NCBI GenBank assembly: GCA_018398765.1
Contig: JAHBMJ010000421.1
Location: forward strand, 62,001-126,000
Direction of reading: 5' to 3'
DNA: 64,000 nucleotides
Source of the DNA: Chromera velia
Lineage: Eukaryota
In this document: one piece after another, positions 38,501 through 52,477 of the stretch
Numbering within the stretch: position 1 is the first letter of the stretch
How the letters are laid out: every line of letters begins with the position of its first letter
The notes under the pieces: model-generated
Seen by the model: only the letters and a program-made list of their open reading frames with translations
Database searches by the model: none
What the model was told of the DNA's origin: nothing
Program-made: the position numbers and the translations under genes

Positions 38501-41500
38501 AAGACATCACGAGATCTCAGGAGACACACGGAGCCCTGTAGAGCTGCCAATGCACGTCTGCAGAGAGGGAGACACAGAAGGAAGTATAGATCTTTTTCGG
38601 ACCTTCCACTCACTCACTTTGTCACCCCATTAATTTCGCATTCCTGTGTTGGATCAGAAATTTGTACCCCTGGTCTTTTAAGCAGTTGCGCAGTCAGGCA
38701 GTGTACAGACACTGCCGAGGTTCCTAAGCATGCAAAGAGCGCAGCGGCTTGTGCGTGTTGACGACGCGCAAGTCCCGCCCCATTCCTCCTTTTGCCCCCC
38801 CTGTTCGATCGATCGATCGATCGTGGGCTGATTGCTGTACCTTCAATTCGCTTTGTGGCGAAAAATCCCTTTGGATGTTTACACTTCCCCGCCCTCCTTT
38901 CTTTCTTTCTTTCTTTCTTTCTTTCTGTCTGTCTGTCTGTCTGTCTGTCTGTTCGTCTGTCTGCCTGTCTGTATGTGTGTGTGTGCGTGCCCGTCTGCCT
39001 GTCTGGCCTCCTCGCCGAGAGTCTTGTGAGCATACTAAAAAGGTACAGGACTCAAATCAGAAAAGGGCGAAACGATGACCATTCCAGTGCATCCATCTCC
39101 CTGTAGGCCAAAAGTCTTCCACCCAAATACGCGTCTGATGTACAAGGGAAGAGTGTTGTGCCCACCTGTATGCTGATCCTTCTCCCGTCCCGCTCTTCTC
39201 CCCGCGTCCGCCACAACGTGCGCCCTCGCTGATTGCTTCTCTGAGAGTCCCCATCACCCCGCACAGGGCATGCGCGTCGCTCTGTGAGGCCAAAAAGGTC
39301 CAGCAACTGCACCGATGAATATCGAGGCGTTGGATTGGATGCACACAAATGCAGAAAATCGAGAAGACCACTCCCTCACACATACTCTCTCTCTCTTTCT
39401 CTCTCTCTCTCTCTTTCTCTCTCTCACACACACACACACAGACATAGACACAGACACACACACACAGAGTAGAGAGAGGGAGAGCGAAATTCTCCAAAAG
39501 AAGATGTCATGCGGATTTTCAGATCATCACGGTGGGCAGGTTTGTAAGTAGAGAGACGTATGCGTGAGAGTGTTTGCAAGGCAAAAGGAAAATCGCACCG
39601 ACAGCTCATGAGAGTCCTGCGACAAAGCAAAACAAAGACGGCAGGGGCCCAACCTGTCGAGGGGTGTGCGTGCGAGTTCATCTTGGTGACTGCTTCCGTC
39701 CACAATCGCGGCTGTCTGCTCGCTCACCCAGCGCTCTACTTTGCTCTCGTTTGCTCTCTCCTTTTCTTTGTCTTTCCCCGTACCAGCAGAAAACACAGGG
39801 AGAGCCTCAGAGGATGCATCAATGAGGATCTGTGTGATGGCTCTCGCATGGGTATCCGGACTTGTCTCCTCGATACCCTCGGCTGGGGATTTTCTATTGA
39901 CATCTGTCGGGTCTTCGATGTCTCCCCAAAACTCTGTGATCAGACTGAGAAGTTCAAAAACGGCAGACTCAGCGTGCCCTCGATACCCAAGATGACTGTC
40001 TTCTTCTTCTTCAAGCAAGTGCTTTCGCAATGCAACACAAATGGCAGTAACTGTTTCAGAAAGGGAGAGAGGAAGTGAAAGGGATGCAACAGCTTTGTGG
40101 AACGTCTTTTTTCTTTGTGGTGCCGTCTCACCGGATGCTGTCACTTCTCCCTGCATTCCCAAGAGGAGACACCGAAGAGAACGAACAGCCAAACGAAGTT
40201 TCAAGAGACGGAGGAGGAGAGAAGATGGGACATCCTGCTCCTCCTTGCTCTTTTTTGTCTTTTCTTTCTTCCCCTTCCTTTCTCTGGAAATGAAAGTCAA
40301 GGAACGCGAAAGAAAAGCCAAAAGGGTCTCTGGGTCAGGACTGAAGAGGGTAATCAAATCAGCTGGAAGAGAAAGAACGGGAGAAGAAGCACTCGAGTCC
40401 TCTCCCCTTTTTCTTCTCATTCCTCGACCACGTGGAAGGGCCAGAGAGAGCGTCTGAGCGTCTCTTTGAGCTTCCATGTAACTACAAACAAGCCCCGATA
40501 CTCGAAGCAGAAATGTAAGCGAAAAGCGCATACGCTTAAAGTCGTCTTTTTCAATGTTTTTCTCTTCATCGTCTTTTTCATCTGACAGGAACCCCAACTT
40601 TGCTTTCAGTCCAGTATCCGATCCTCCCTCGCCCTCTTCCTTCGAATCCTTTTTCTTCTTCTTTTTCTTTTTGGGGGACTCCCCACCATCTCTCCCCATG
40701 CCCCCGGATCCACCCAAGACGTTCCCGCAAATCGAAGAAAGAGCATCCTTCACATGAGAAGACCCCGCTCCCCCTGGCCCTTCCCAACAGAGGATAGAGG
40801 CAAGCAGAGCCTCACACGCGAGTGAGAGAACTCCCTCGTCCCCTCCCCCAAACGCTGCAAACGCAAACACACCCCGAGAAACCACCGTGATCCCCCCCGG
40901 TGAAATCTCAGATGAAGACGACCCACTCGTCGGACTGCTCTCTCTCTCCTGTACACCGAAGAATTCTCTCACCGCCTTACACGCAGCGTCTCTGGCTGAC
41001 GTCCCCGCTCGCATCGCCACCGCCAGGCGCCCCTCAATCACACTCCCACCCCCTGAGTCCGAAAGGTCACCCCCAAGTCCTACCGAGGCAACAGAGAGAA
41101 TGAAGGGCTGCAACTCCAAATGCGTTCCTGGTTGGGGGGGGGGCAGACAGGCCAGAATCTTCACCGCCTCCAGAGAGTCTCGCGCGAACATTTTCCATTC
41201 CTCGTTCGCTATTCCAAACTTTCCATCCTCGTCCGGCTCCTTCAACCCCTTTCCTCCACCTCCCTCTGAATTCGCCTCTAGGTCACCTGAATTGCCCTCA
41301 GTTGCGACGTATGCGGATAGAAGAAGCCGCAAACACAAGCGCCGTGCCATTTGCGGCTCCGTCACTGACACGAAAGCGGAAGGAAGCGAGGCCGTCAGGA
41401 GCGCTGCCCGGCGGAAGCTCAACAGCGACGATCTCAAGCTGCATGCACGGAAGCGTCAGATAGAATTAAGTGCCAAAATTGGTCTCCCAGAAAGAAACAC

Positions 41501-44500
41501 ACTTCTTAATACGCGCATACATTTACACTCATCCACTCATCCACTCACCCATCTGTCCCCCCGCCCACCCACACACGCACACAAACCACATTGAGACAGA
41601 CACACGAACGAAGACACGTATTTACAGTGGCACTTCTCTCAAGAAATCCACCATGTTTTGGGACTGTAAGCACAAAAAAAGGAGAAAACCCACCGACCAT
41701 TTAACTTTTGTTTCCACCTCCCTCCTTCTCCTTTTCTTCTTCGGCATATCCAAAACGCTTCCAAAGGCTGTCGTCCTGCTCCCGCCCCCCAGCTCCTCAA
41801 CCTCACGCTGTGCGGCCTTCACTGCCGCATGCCTCTCATCAAGTCGCCGACAGATCTGGAGGACCAGAAAGGGCTGCACGCACAGAGGGGGGGCAGCCAA
41901 CACATGGAGGGATGACAGACAGACAGTGGCAGAGACGGCAGAGAAAAACAGGCTTCCTTTCCCGTCATTTTTTGATGCTCTCACGCTTTCGCACTTGTCC
42001 CCTGGGAGAACCCCTTTCTCTTCCCCTGATGTGGCGCCTACCTGTTCTCCCCCCCCCCCTCTCTCGTGTATTCACAAGAAACCTTTCGTGAGGATGCGAA
42101 AAGGCACCACAGATTTGTTTTGAGAATCTCGGACAGCCATTCTTCTGCTTTCTTGCCGTGCTTGTTCAGCCCACATGACAAAACGTGCTATAGCACTTAC
42201 AGACAGGCAGGCAGACAGGCAGGGAAGCAAACAGGCCGTCCCGTCGGTTTCTGCTGACCTGTAAAGTTGGGGTCTCGAGGGCGAAGAGGAAGGACGAAAG
42301 GGGATCAGAAGAAGGAGAAGAAAGGGACAGGGGAGAAACGCCAGAAGAAGAAGAGCGGTCTCTGAAGGACTCCAACATCTCCTCCACCAACCGCTCTGCA
42401 ACTGCCGTGAGGATCTCCACCAGAGGAGGGGACAGGTGGACGTCCTCCATTGGGGTCATGTCCACATCCACCTCCTCATCCCCGTCCTCTCCTGTGGCGT
42501 TGATCCGTCTCCCCATGCTGCTGTCTGGAGTGGACAGGGGGGACAGAGGGAGCGCAATGGCACTTCCAGACCTCACACGTTGGAGGATTGACTGGGGAGC
42601 TGAGGAGGAAGGGGAATCTGGAGGCCTCCTCTCTTCTTCTACTTGAGGTGCGTGTGTGTGCTTGTCCTTGCCCGTCATGTGCTCCGACTCTGCTGCTGCT
42701 GTGACGAGTGAGAGGAGAAGAGGGAGGTAGGGCTCCAATAGAGACCAGAGGAAATCACGAGATGAGCTCAGAACGAATTCTTCCACTTGCTTCTCCTCGT
42801 CGTCGTCTTCTTCCTCCTCTCCTTCTCCTTCCTTCTTGTCATCAGGAGAAGGCACCAAAAGGTGGAGCAGCAACAGAGGCACGTCAGTGAGTGCGCATCC
42901 AGTCGGACTGAGGGCTGACGGAACCGACGGTTTCAGAACTAATGAGGAGATCTCCTTCCTTTCACTAGGAGGGGAGGAGATCTCATTAAACAAAATCTGC
43001 GCGCAGGATGAAATTACCATCGATTCAGCAAGACAGACAGACAGACAGACAGACAGACGCAAGCTACAGGGAAAAACGCAATGCCTGAGTCTCTCCAAAT
43101 ACACTTGTACGCTATGCGTTCATCCTTCGAAGCCAATGCTTCATGTCCCACTTCGTTCTCTCAATCAACCAACGCAGCCAAATTACATTTCTCGTTGAAA
43201 CAGACCATCAATCAACCAACGCAGCCAAATTACATTTCTCGTTGAAACAGACCATCAATCAACCAACGAAAGGCAGATCAGATATCAAATAAAGAGAAGA
43301 GGTCCAGAGAAGAGGAAAACAGAGACAGCGCACGGCACAGCAACGGAGGAGCAACGAACTTTTTTCCAGGTCTCAAAAGTTGCATGAGAAAATCGAAGGA
43401 AGGAGACAATTCTGCATGTACAGGAGAAGTCGGAGAGAGCTGGCTACCGTAAATTTGACCACCCACCCACTCGAGCAGCGCAATTCTTTCTCGACCGAGG
43501 ATACATGAGGAACGAAGGATCGATGTCTGTCTCTTCCCTTCCACCGCCCCCCAAACCGCCACGCGTGCCGTGTGCACAGGCCATCAGTCAGACTCCTTCC
43601 TTCCTTCCTTTTCCCTCCGACCGACCGACCTGAAGTGCACTCTGCAGCTCCACGCAGAGGAGACTGTCTTCTTGTTCCTGCAAAGTCAACCACAGAAAAT
43701 AGAGTCAAAGTCAATCAATTATAAGCAGGCGACGTTCAAACAGCGGGTTCTTCAGAGAGAATTTTTGTCGTTCGTTCACTCTTCTGATTTCTCTTTCACT
43801 TCTCGCACGTCAAACGCAGAAACTCACATACGCTCAGACACACACGAACAAAAACATAAGATTTGCAGTGCTCACAATTTCTGCCCCATGCAGTAAAAAA
43901 AGAATTTCAAAGACCCCGACTCGTTCCCCCTTCATTCCTCCAACTGCAAGCGAACCGAGAGACAAATCCAGAATTCCCCATGCACCCACTAACTGACCAG
44001 TCGATTTGACAGTGAGAGGATGCGGGTGAGTCTCCCACCACATGCCGACAGGAGGACCTCCAGCGCCTCCTCGGTCCCACTCAACCCCCCCCGCACCCCG
44101 TCGCCCCCCGTCGCTGACAGAAGAGGTGACGGCAGCTGCCATCCTCGTAAGCGTCGTGCAAAAAGGAGCGTCCCCAAACAAAACTCAGCCTCAGCAAGCC
44201 GCCACAAGAGCGCAGACACCCGGTGCCGACTCATCACTTTGTGCCGTCTCTTTTTCTTATTTCCTTCTCCAAATATTGCGTCCGTTACTTTGTCTGCCAT
44301 CGCAGCAACGTCAGGCAAAGAGCTGGACGCCCGAGAAGCCAAGGCACGTACGAAAGCTTCTCGGACTGGAAGTGCAGCCAGAAAGGCGGCGAGAAGACGA
44401 AGACCGACAGCAGCGTCAGATGCCAACTGCATTGCAGATGCTGTCACGGTGCCTGCACTTTTCTTTCGGCCCTTCTCGCTTCTCGCCTCTTTGTCCTCTT

Positions 44501-45679
44501 CGGAGACGGTCAACTTGCCAAGAGCAGTCTCCAGACATCCGCAGACAACAGACGAGAGGGCTGTCCAGACTTTTTCTGCCTGCACAAAGTGAGGAAAAGG
44601 TGGAAGGGGAAGGGAAGAGAAGGGGAGAAAACTCATAACAAAGAAACACCTCGGCCCCTTAGAAAAAGACAGGAAACAGTCATGACTGATCGAGTCTCAA
44701 TCTGATTGAAGAAATCGCTTCCATCTTTCTTGGACGTGAGGTGATCTCTGTGTTCGTATCCTTTTTCGACAAAGACCTGCCTGCATGTCGATTTGTGGTT
44801 GGAAGACGTTTCGGTGGCTTATCAGTGCAGAGACAAAGAGAGAGGGAGAGTAGACAACCAACCCATCGGGACACAATGCACGCGACTCATAAATTGCATG
44901 GATGGCGTTGTCTTCTCTTTCTCTGTTCACGCCCCGTCCCCTCTCTCTCGATGCATGCAAGTCGGGGGGGCATCCTGCCTGACCTGAGCAGGCAACGTGG
45001 AGACCCCGGCATCTCGCAGGGCCTCAAGGACTCTCCGGTTGTTGCAGAACCTGAACGATCGAACAAGACAGAAAAAGAGAAACGTTTTTCGTGAACTTAC
45101 GTTGTCACATAATTTGGATGCTGTGGACAACAGGTGAAACAAAGTGAACTGAGAGAGAGACGAATGTGCGCCTCTCTGTCTGTCTGTCAAAATTTAAAAC
45201 TTGAAGGGAGAAAAGAGCCGTCTGGAAGAACCCCCTTGTGACAAGCTGACTGCCTGGATCATATGAGAAGGGGACCTGCAGATTTTGAGAAACAAAGTCA
45301 GATCCACTCATCGCCCAGACATCCCCTTTCTCGCCTCTTCAAGCGAAACGAAGACACAAAGCGAGCACAACCCACCCCAAGTCTGCGTCTTCCCCCTGAC
45401 GGCGCTTCAGGGTCATCTGGAGAGATTGGAGGACTGATGGGAGATCGTTCAGACGTGCAAAAACCCGAAGCAACTTTGCACTCGTAACGGCGCTGCATAC
45501 AGAAAGTGGGAATGCCAAGGTACAGTTAGTGCGAACTGACAGTATCGGACAATGGAAGTACAACAACCAACAAGTTTCCTTAAGAGGATCTTTGCGTGGA
45601 ATCTGCTCCGTCACCTGCTTTCATGTGCAAAAAGAGACAGCTGCAACAGTCGAGAGAGAGAGAGAGAGAGGGAAGGACA

Positions 45680-45762
<83 letters not shown>

Positions 45763-48321
45763 GAGAAAGAAAGAAAGAGAGAAAGAAAGAAAAAAAGAAA
45801 GAAAGGAAAGCCATCTACACACCCTCCATTCGTAGACCAACTGACTGACTGGCTAGGGCCCTTCAAGTTCAACGTCTCTGCTCCTGGAAACAATTTGGAG
45901 ATTCTTGAGAACAGTTCCTCTCCGATGCTCTCTCCTGATGTCCCTTCATCAGACAAATCCTCTTGTGTCTCCTCTTTCTCCTTTGAACTCTCACGGTACT
46001 CCGCCATTAACAACAAAAGGACGCGCTCCTCTATTCCCTCCCCCCCGTCTTGCCCCCCATCCGACGAAGAAACGAACACATCGGGCTGGAGCTCCAACGC
46101 CACAGCATACCCTTCCCACAAAAGCCGTCGCTCAAACGCACCGAACGAATATCCCCCTCCCTCTACAAACCCCCAGCCTGACGCCATCCCATTTGCATCA
46201 TACGACAACAACGCCTGTGCACTCCCATCTGCCCCCTCCTTTCCAATCTGAAGCCGATTACACAGGCCACCCACCACAATCCCCACCCACTCCCTCAGGC
46301 TGTTCTCCTGCACGCGCCTGCTGTCGTCGTCCTGCAACCTGTAGAGTCCCTCTCGACAAACGCTGCGGGTAGGAACATTGGAACAGATATACGTGGAGGG
46401 AGTATCAATCAATCACTGTTGTATGTATAAAAAAGCAGGGGAGGAATCTTACTGAGCAGCCACAACCGCCCGCAGTCAGGTAGATCGAAGCTCAGCCCAA
46501 AAGTTCTTTGATTTCTTTACTGCTTGACTGTATTCATGAGTGCTTTCCACGTTTCGCTCAAGCGTTCATGTTAGGTATCCGTCAATCAATTCTCTCACTT
46601 GTTTAGTAAAATGTTCTTGCACTCACAAATTGACGGGCTGACTGACTGACTTACAAGTTCCACATTCGGTCGAGGGCCAGCAGAGCCGCAACTCGGATTT
46701 CTCCCTCAAGTTTTTTCTCCGTTCCCTCTTCCTCTCCCCCCCCCTTCTCTTCTAAAGTGTCCTCATGGCCCGCCGCGATCTTTTTCTTTTTCTCCGTCTG
46801 CTTGCCAGAACTCCCCTTTGTGTTCTTCTTCCCACCACCCCCTGCCGCTTCTCCCTCCCCCAGCAAACGAAGAATCGGGTCTACAAGATGAAGAAAAAAA
46901 GCAAACTCAGCTGCAACACCAACTAGGCCCCGTCCCCCCCCGAGTTTCATTTCCGATCCAGCTCCCAATCTTTCAGACTCCATCGCTACCTGCGCATCCG
47001 TCTTCGCCCGAACGAAAGAAGAAAAAAGGTCAGGGAGACCACACAACACGCCCAAACATGCACATCGAGAAGTGAAGGTCTCAAGGGGCGTTCGGATGTC
47101 CTCTCCACCCGCATCTTTCCCCACCCCCTTAGAGCTTTCCGTCTCAGACAGCTTCTTTTGCCGTTTCGGTGCCGGTTGTTTTTCCTTTTCCTCTTCAACC
47201 GCATTTCCCCCCCCTTTTCCCCCGTCCTTCAACGCACGGTCTAAAGAATCAAACAAGAGCCTTGCATGGCTCTCTGCAACCCTCTTGCGCTGTCGGTCCG
47301 GAACCTCTCGTGCATTTGCCTCGTCTGCTTTGGTTTTTGTGGCCCGACTCCAAACGGGGTTGTCGGGGTCCTTCCTCCCCACGTATGCGGACAGGGGGGG
47401 CAGGTGAAAGGGCTGAAAGAGCAGTCGGCATGCGGAAGCAAAAAGAAGTTCCAGTGTCTGGATGAAAGGCTGCAGAGCAGATGTGCTACTACTCTGCTGA
47501 CAGTTCGTCTTGTCTTTCGCTTTCAGAGCCACTCGTGAGACTGCAAAGCGCACACTGCACAGGGCAGGAAGGAGACGCGAGGCAATCACCTCGAAGCACT
47601 TTTTCTCGTTTGCCCCCGAAGAAGCGACCAACAGGAGCAGGGAAACGGCTGTCTGAAGAAGGGGAAGCTGCTTCTCGATTGCTCCAATCCAAATAGAGGA
47701 ACGGGAAGCCTCTTCACCGTCTCCCTCTGCTTTGTCCCTGCTTTGTTTCTCATTTTCTTCTCTACCTCTCTCATTGAGAAATGCAGCTGCGAGACTCAAA
47801 AAAAGCGCGACCTGTTGGGATAAGAACGCACACACGCCATCCAAAGGCGGTGTGAATCTAGGGGCAAATCTGGTCATCCACAGGGAAAGGATGTCGTCCC
47901 ATCTCCAGGACGAAACTATGCTTTCTGGGACTACCTTTTTGGTTTTGGTTTTGGCTTTCTCTGTCTCCGGACTTCCCACTCCACTCTCCTCCTCGATCGC
48001 ACTGTACACCAAAGAGAGCAGAAGACCCGAATAAGAGAAGAGCGGGTAGTCAGAGGGGAGCAGTGCAGAGGAACGCGCAAGAAATTCCCACTCTGCTTCA
48101 GAGAGCTTCTGGGTGTTCTTCTTCACCCCCTCAAGAAACCATTCAAACAGCCACACAGGCAATTGAGACCCTAGAATGCGAACGTGCCACGCCCCTCCGG
48201 AGGCCTCTTCTTGGACTCTCTCAAAGAGCCTCTCTACTTCGTCCAAAGTCCGGGTGCGCACAGGCACCTGACACCATCTCGCGACTTCCTGCGCGGCCGT
48301 CTCCTCCTCAAGAGACGCCAT
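35556..48321 (-). CDS. URB2: Large multi-exon nucleolar pre-ribosomal protein URB2/Npa2-like
   Basis: Series of Leu-rich helical exons (e.g. ~46655-48321, ~45850-46250, ~43990-44580, ~42260-42990, ~39650-41380). The C-terminus VGVGQLLEVLDSPAKQHLFASLPDTLREVFKEMNQTVEKQLKFTGKV* resembles the Urb2 C-terminal domain. Confidence 0.7.
43161..43268. repeat. 47-bp tandem duplication (about 2.3 copies), intronic
   Basis: tcaatcaaccaacgcagccaaattacatttctcgttgaaacagacca repeated. Confidence 0.9.
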
Positions 48322-49119
48322 CAGTCAACAAAGGGCCTCTTCAGTCAGGTCAGCGCCTCTGTCCTTTCTTTCCGGTCACGCTTTCTATTTATAGAACCTT
48401 GCAACTACTGCGTTTGAGAAGTCGGTTCGTCGGGCGATGCATGACCACTGCAAGTCGCATCATTCGGGGTCTAGCGCCGAGACGGCTGGGGGGGCGGGCC
48501 GTATCCTTGAGAGACGGAAATGCACACAAAGGAAATGAGAAGCGAGCGGCCAGGACGACAATCCAGCAGCCGGGTACAGAAGCGAAATCGATGTGCACGT
48601 CTATGGCTCTAAAGAGTCGTGAAGCCGCATTGATTTGCACTGTACGTTCTGTACCGAAATGCACCGAATTATTATGTAATCACCGCCCCGGTGTCGCCCG
48701 TTCGCTGCACCGATGATGCATACCATGCAACGCGAGGCCGGCCCCGCCCGCCCATGCATGCGTGGCCCGCCCGCGCGCGTCGCCGCATGCATGTCGCCGC
48801 CGTGTCTCAAACGACATCGAAAAAGACAAATAATCATTTCATGGAGCCTTCTCCCCCAGTCAGAGTGGCAAGTCTCCGTAAATGGAAGATCGTCAAAGCA
48901 CACTCGAGCTAGTTCGAGCAGTGACTGAGGAGGGTCAAGTCGGGTTAAAACAGTTCCGTGCCTGTGCTGACAATCCAAGTGATCTTTACACGTTGCCTTC
49001 CGTAGCCGTCTCCTCTTGTCTCCCAGCGTCTCGTCTCCAGAGAACTTCTGCAAGGCTTATATTATATAGCGCCCAGGCATTGGCAAGGCACTCCCCTTCT
49101 CTCCACCCTTAATGCTCCC

Positions 49120-49620
49120 ATGGAATTGAGACTCGAACACCTTTTCGTAGTGTTTCTGTCGGGGCTCCTGGTGGAAGAGCTCCACTTCGACCTCCCCTTC
49201 TTGCTCAACGATTTCTCAGAAGAGCAGCTGGACTTCATCGTCAAATGGTACCCCCGAGTTGGGCACTCATGGCTCATCCAGGCGTTCTGCTCGGGCCTCA
49301 ATGCAGCGCTTCTCCTTACCTTCTTCTATCGTGTTGCGTCACAGAATCGTACCGTCTATGACACCGCGAACTTTATTTCCATGCTCTTCATGTGGCCTCT
49401 GGTTGAATATTGTCACCATCTAGAACGAGAAGTCGAGACGGGGGCAGACACGGTCTTGAAGCTGCGGGTCATTGCGATGCTCCACGCGTCCATGGTTCCA
49501 GGCCTTCTGGTGGGGTCACTCAATTCGTATCTGGCAGTGCAGGAAGTCTCTCGAAAAAAACAGCAGAAAGTTCAAAAAGGTGAAGGCGCAGCAGCAGTCA
49601 AATTGAAAAAAGAAAGATGA
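49120..49620 (+). CDS. Small multi-pass membrane protein (166 aa), loosely Shr3-like, intronless
   Basis: About four hydrophobic segments, FLSGLL...HFDLPFL...KWY, and a lysine-rich C-terminus (KLKKER) resembling an ER-retrieval signal. Confidence 0.65.
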   Translation: MELRLEHLFVVFLSGLLVEELHFDLPFLLNDFSEEQLDFIVKWYPRVGHSWLIQAFCSGLNAALLLTFFYRVASQNRTVYDTANFISMLFMWPLVEYCHHLEREVETGADTVLKLRVIAMLHASMVPGLLVGSLNSYLAVQEVSRKKQQKVQKGEGAAAVKLKKER

Positions 49621-51807
49621 GCTGCGAGACATGTCAGGACAATGCACGCTGTACGCTGCACTTCTGTGTTGATGCAGCTCTTTGAAGTCAATTGTTTCGT
49701 CAATGAAGCTCATTGGTCTCTTGGGTGCCTAAGGCACCCTCCCGAATGTGTGTGCGATTTTTGTGTATAAATCGTGTCTTATGCTCTACGTCCGCCAATG
49801 ATCACTTCCCTCAAATTGTCTTTCTCTTCTTCTTTTCACTTTCATTCTTGCTTTCGATTTCGTTTTGATCCGTGAACTGTCACTTCCCCCTTTCCCATTT
49901 TCTGAAGCCATGACTGAGTGGATGTTCTTTGACGCAGCTGTTGCAGTCACTGAGTGATTGATCTGGCCTGTCGGAGTCGATCTCGGCCGCCTTCTCCAAA
50001 AATGCAAACACGCACACTTGCATAGCGTGCTTCTTGCCAGCTCGCAGAACATGTACTGTCCGTTGAACGTGCTGAAGCAGCTGTACGGTGTTGGTTGGGA
50101 GCCGTAGAATTTCGTCAAATGCTCTCGTGATGATGATTCTCGTTTTATCGTTGGCATATTTCCGCTATTTTGGTATTTTGAAGTACTCTACAAAGTCTCT
50201 TTACGCAGGGCTGTTGACGGGCCCTAGACAGTAGCAGCTGCATACAATGCTTTTCTCTTTAAATTTCCCATGCTTTTGGTTACATTAAATGCTTTCCACG
50301 TGGCTTTCCCCAACATTGGCAGTTCACTGAGCTCGGCCATGAGTGAGGTATCAGTAAGCAACCTTAGACAACCACTTCATCGTGTGCCGGTATGTAGGCC
50401 CTGCACTCCATAAATGAAAATATATAAAAAAAGAAAGTTTCCGATCTTATATAGTATATTTTTGGTTTTATCAACTAAAAAGTGCATAGTTTTCCTAGTA
50501 GTTTTCAATGCAGCACCCCGTCTAGCACCCCGTGCAACATCCACTCTTAATTGCAACACAGTGCCAATACTTAAACAACAGTTGTTTGCCTAGAATTCTT
50601 TGTTACGTCTAGTTACGTAACTCACGTGTAATAGCTGAGATGCAGGCAGTTAGAGACTGGTCTAAGTGCTTAAACTGTGATTTAAATAAACCTTCAATCA
50701 ACCAAACCCATCCTTCAATCCATTAAACTAGATACTGACTAGGACACTCATAATTCGATCTAAGATACGTATCTATATGATATGTACAGGTAAATAATAT
50801 GTATTTCAATGAATTTTGCTGAATAAATTATTTTCAAATATGTAAGCCCAGGGCCTCCTAGAATGTCTAAGCTAGCTAGCGTCCGAGAAGACCCCGCTCT
50901 TCGGGCTTAGCCAGGTCTCTAACCAGGTCTTTAAAGTAGACTAGCCAGTAGACTAGATCGAGTAGATCAGAGTGAACGGGATTTTTTGTTTTGTGAAGAA
51001 AAACGATGCAAATGCAACGTCACAAAATGAGGAAAGGAGGGCTAAAACATATCGAGAGAGTATAAGCGGGCTGAGAGACGAGAGAGACGACAACTAAACA
51101 CCGTTTACATGCCAGCCTCCCATGCAGCCGGTTCACACCGAGACTCAAAAACCAGTCGATCATGCACACGCCAGAGGATCGAAGATTTATTTACGTGGAG
51201 CATGTTCACATTCAGATTGCCGAAAGCAAGCTCGATCTGCATGTCGGCTCATCTTGAAGTCCACAACTTTATTTGGACTTGCTTTGCCAACTCGGTCTCT
51301 TTCTCACTGGCACAAACACCACTGCATCAGCGAAGTCACTTCTTTCTCTCCCGTTCTCTCCATGCATCATAAAGGAACAATTGCTCACGCTTTTCGTTGG
51401 TCGGAAGAAATGGAAATTTGACGGACACAGATGGACTCCAACAAAAAGATTCAAAATTGCACAACAAAACGAGGCAACAATGTGCAGACAAAACGTAAAC
51501 AATGCAAGGCTCCTTCCTCTTCCAAACGTGTGTACTGTTTTACAACGGGGAAAAGGGGGATGCTTTTTAAGAGACTCAGTGTGTTTGCTTTAGACTTTGC
51601 GCAAACCCACTTTCAAAGCTTTTTTCAATTGCATGATTTCATCAAGACGACGTCCGCAGACGGTCACTTTCGTCCTGCGAGCGAAATTACAAACTGCCGG
51701 TCAGTCATTCACAAGCTGCTCTGGTCTTGTGCGCAAAAAGAAAGCCAGCCAGTCATCGCATCATCGCCTCAATCAATTGTTGAGAAAAACTGCATTTCCT
51801 TTCACAA

Positions 51808-51906
51808 CTGCATGCAGGGCTTCACTTCTGCATCCGATCGCTGCATGCAGGGCTTCACTTCTGCATCCGATCGCTGCATGCAGGGCTTCACTTCTGCATC
51901 CGATCG
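51808..51906. repeat. 33-bp minisatellite, 3 perfect copies
   Basis: ctgcatgcagggcttcacttctgcatccgatcg x3, with no spacers. Confidence 0.95.
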
Positions 51907-52477
51907 AGTTATGGAGGTGTGAGGGCGCAAAGAACATACACGAAACATCACAACAACAAAAAATGAAAAGGAAAAAGAAAAACGGTGGCCGGTTCGTCGA
52001 TGAAACTCATGAAAGACAGAAAAAAAAAGAAGACAAGGAAGGAAAGAGAGAGAGGAGAGAAAGAAAAGGGGAAGAAAGGAAGGAAACCTGGTCCATATAC
52101 TGGACCGAGATGAGCTGAGTGTTCGATCCCCAAAACAAAAAAGTGCATGCCATTGAGTCAAACAAATAATGGTTTGTGATCTTCAGGATAACTTTAAAGA
52201 CAGCAGTTACTCCTTCCTTCTCTTTTTTCTCCATCTCTCCTTCTTTGACACATTCCCTGTCTTCTTTGTTCGTCCTCCCCTGAGTCAAAAAAAGGCAATC
52301 ATGAAGAAAGGAAAGTATATATAAGGGCGCACAGATAGTTGCCACTCACATCGGAAAGTTGTCTTCTCCGGGAGAACCAGAAAGGAAAGCAAAAAAATCA
52401 ATAAGACACTCAGGGACTTTTGTCAATCTCGTTTCCAAAAACACACATCATGCATACCGGCCGAGGCATGGCGGTCA

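Noticed and set aside
51808..51906. 33-bp repeats as a CRISPR array
   Set aside because: Units are contiguous with no spacers, there are no cas genes, and the context is eukaryotic
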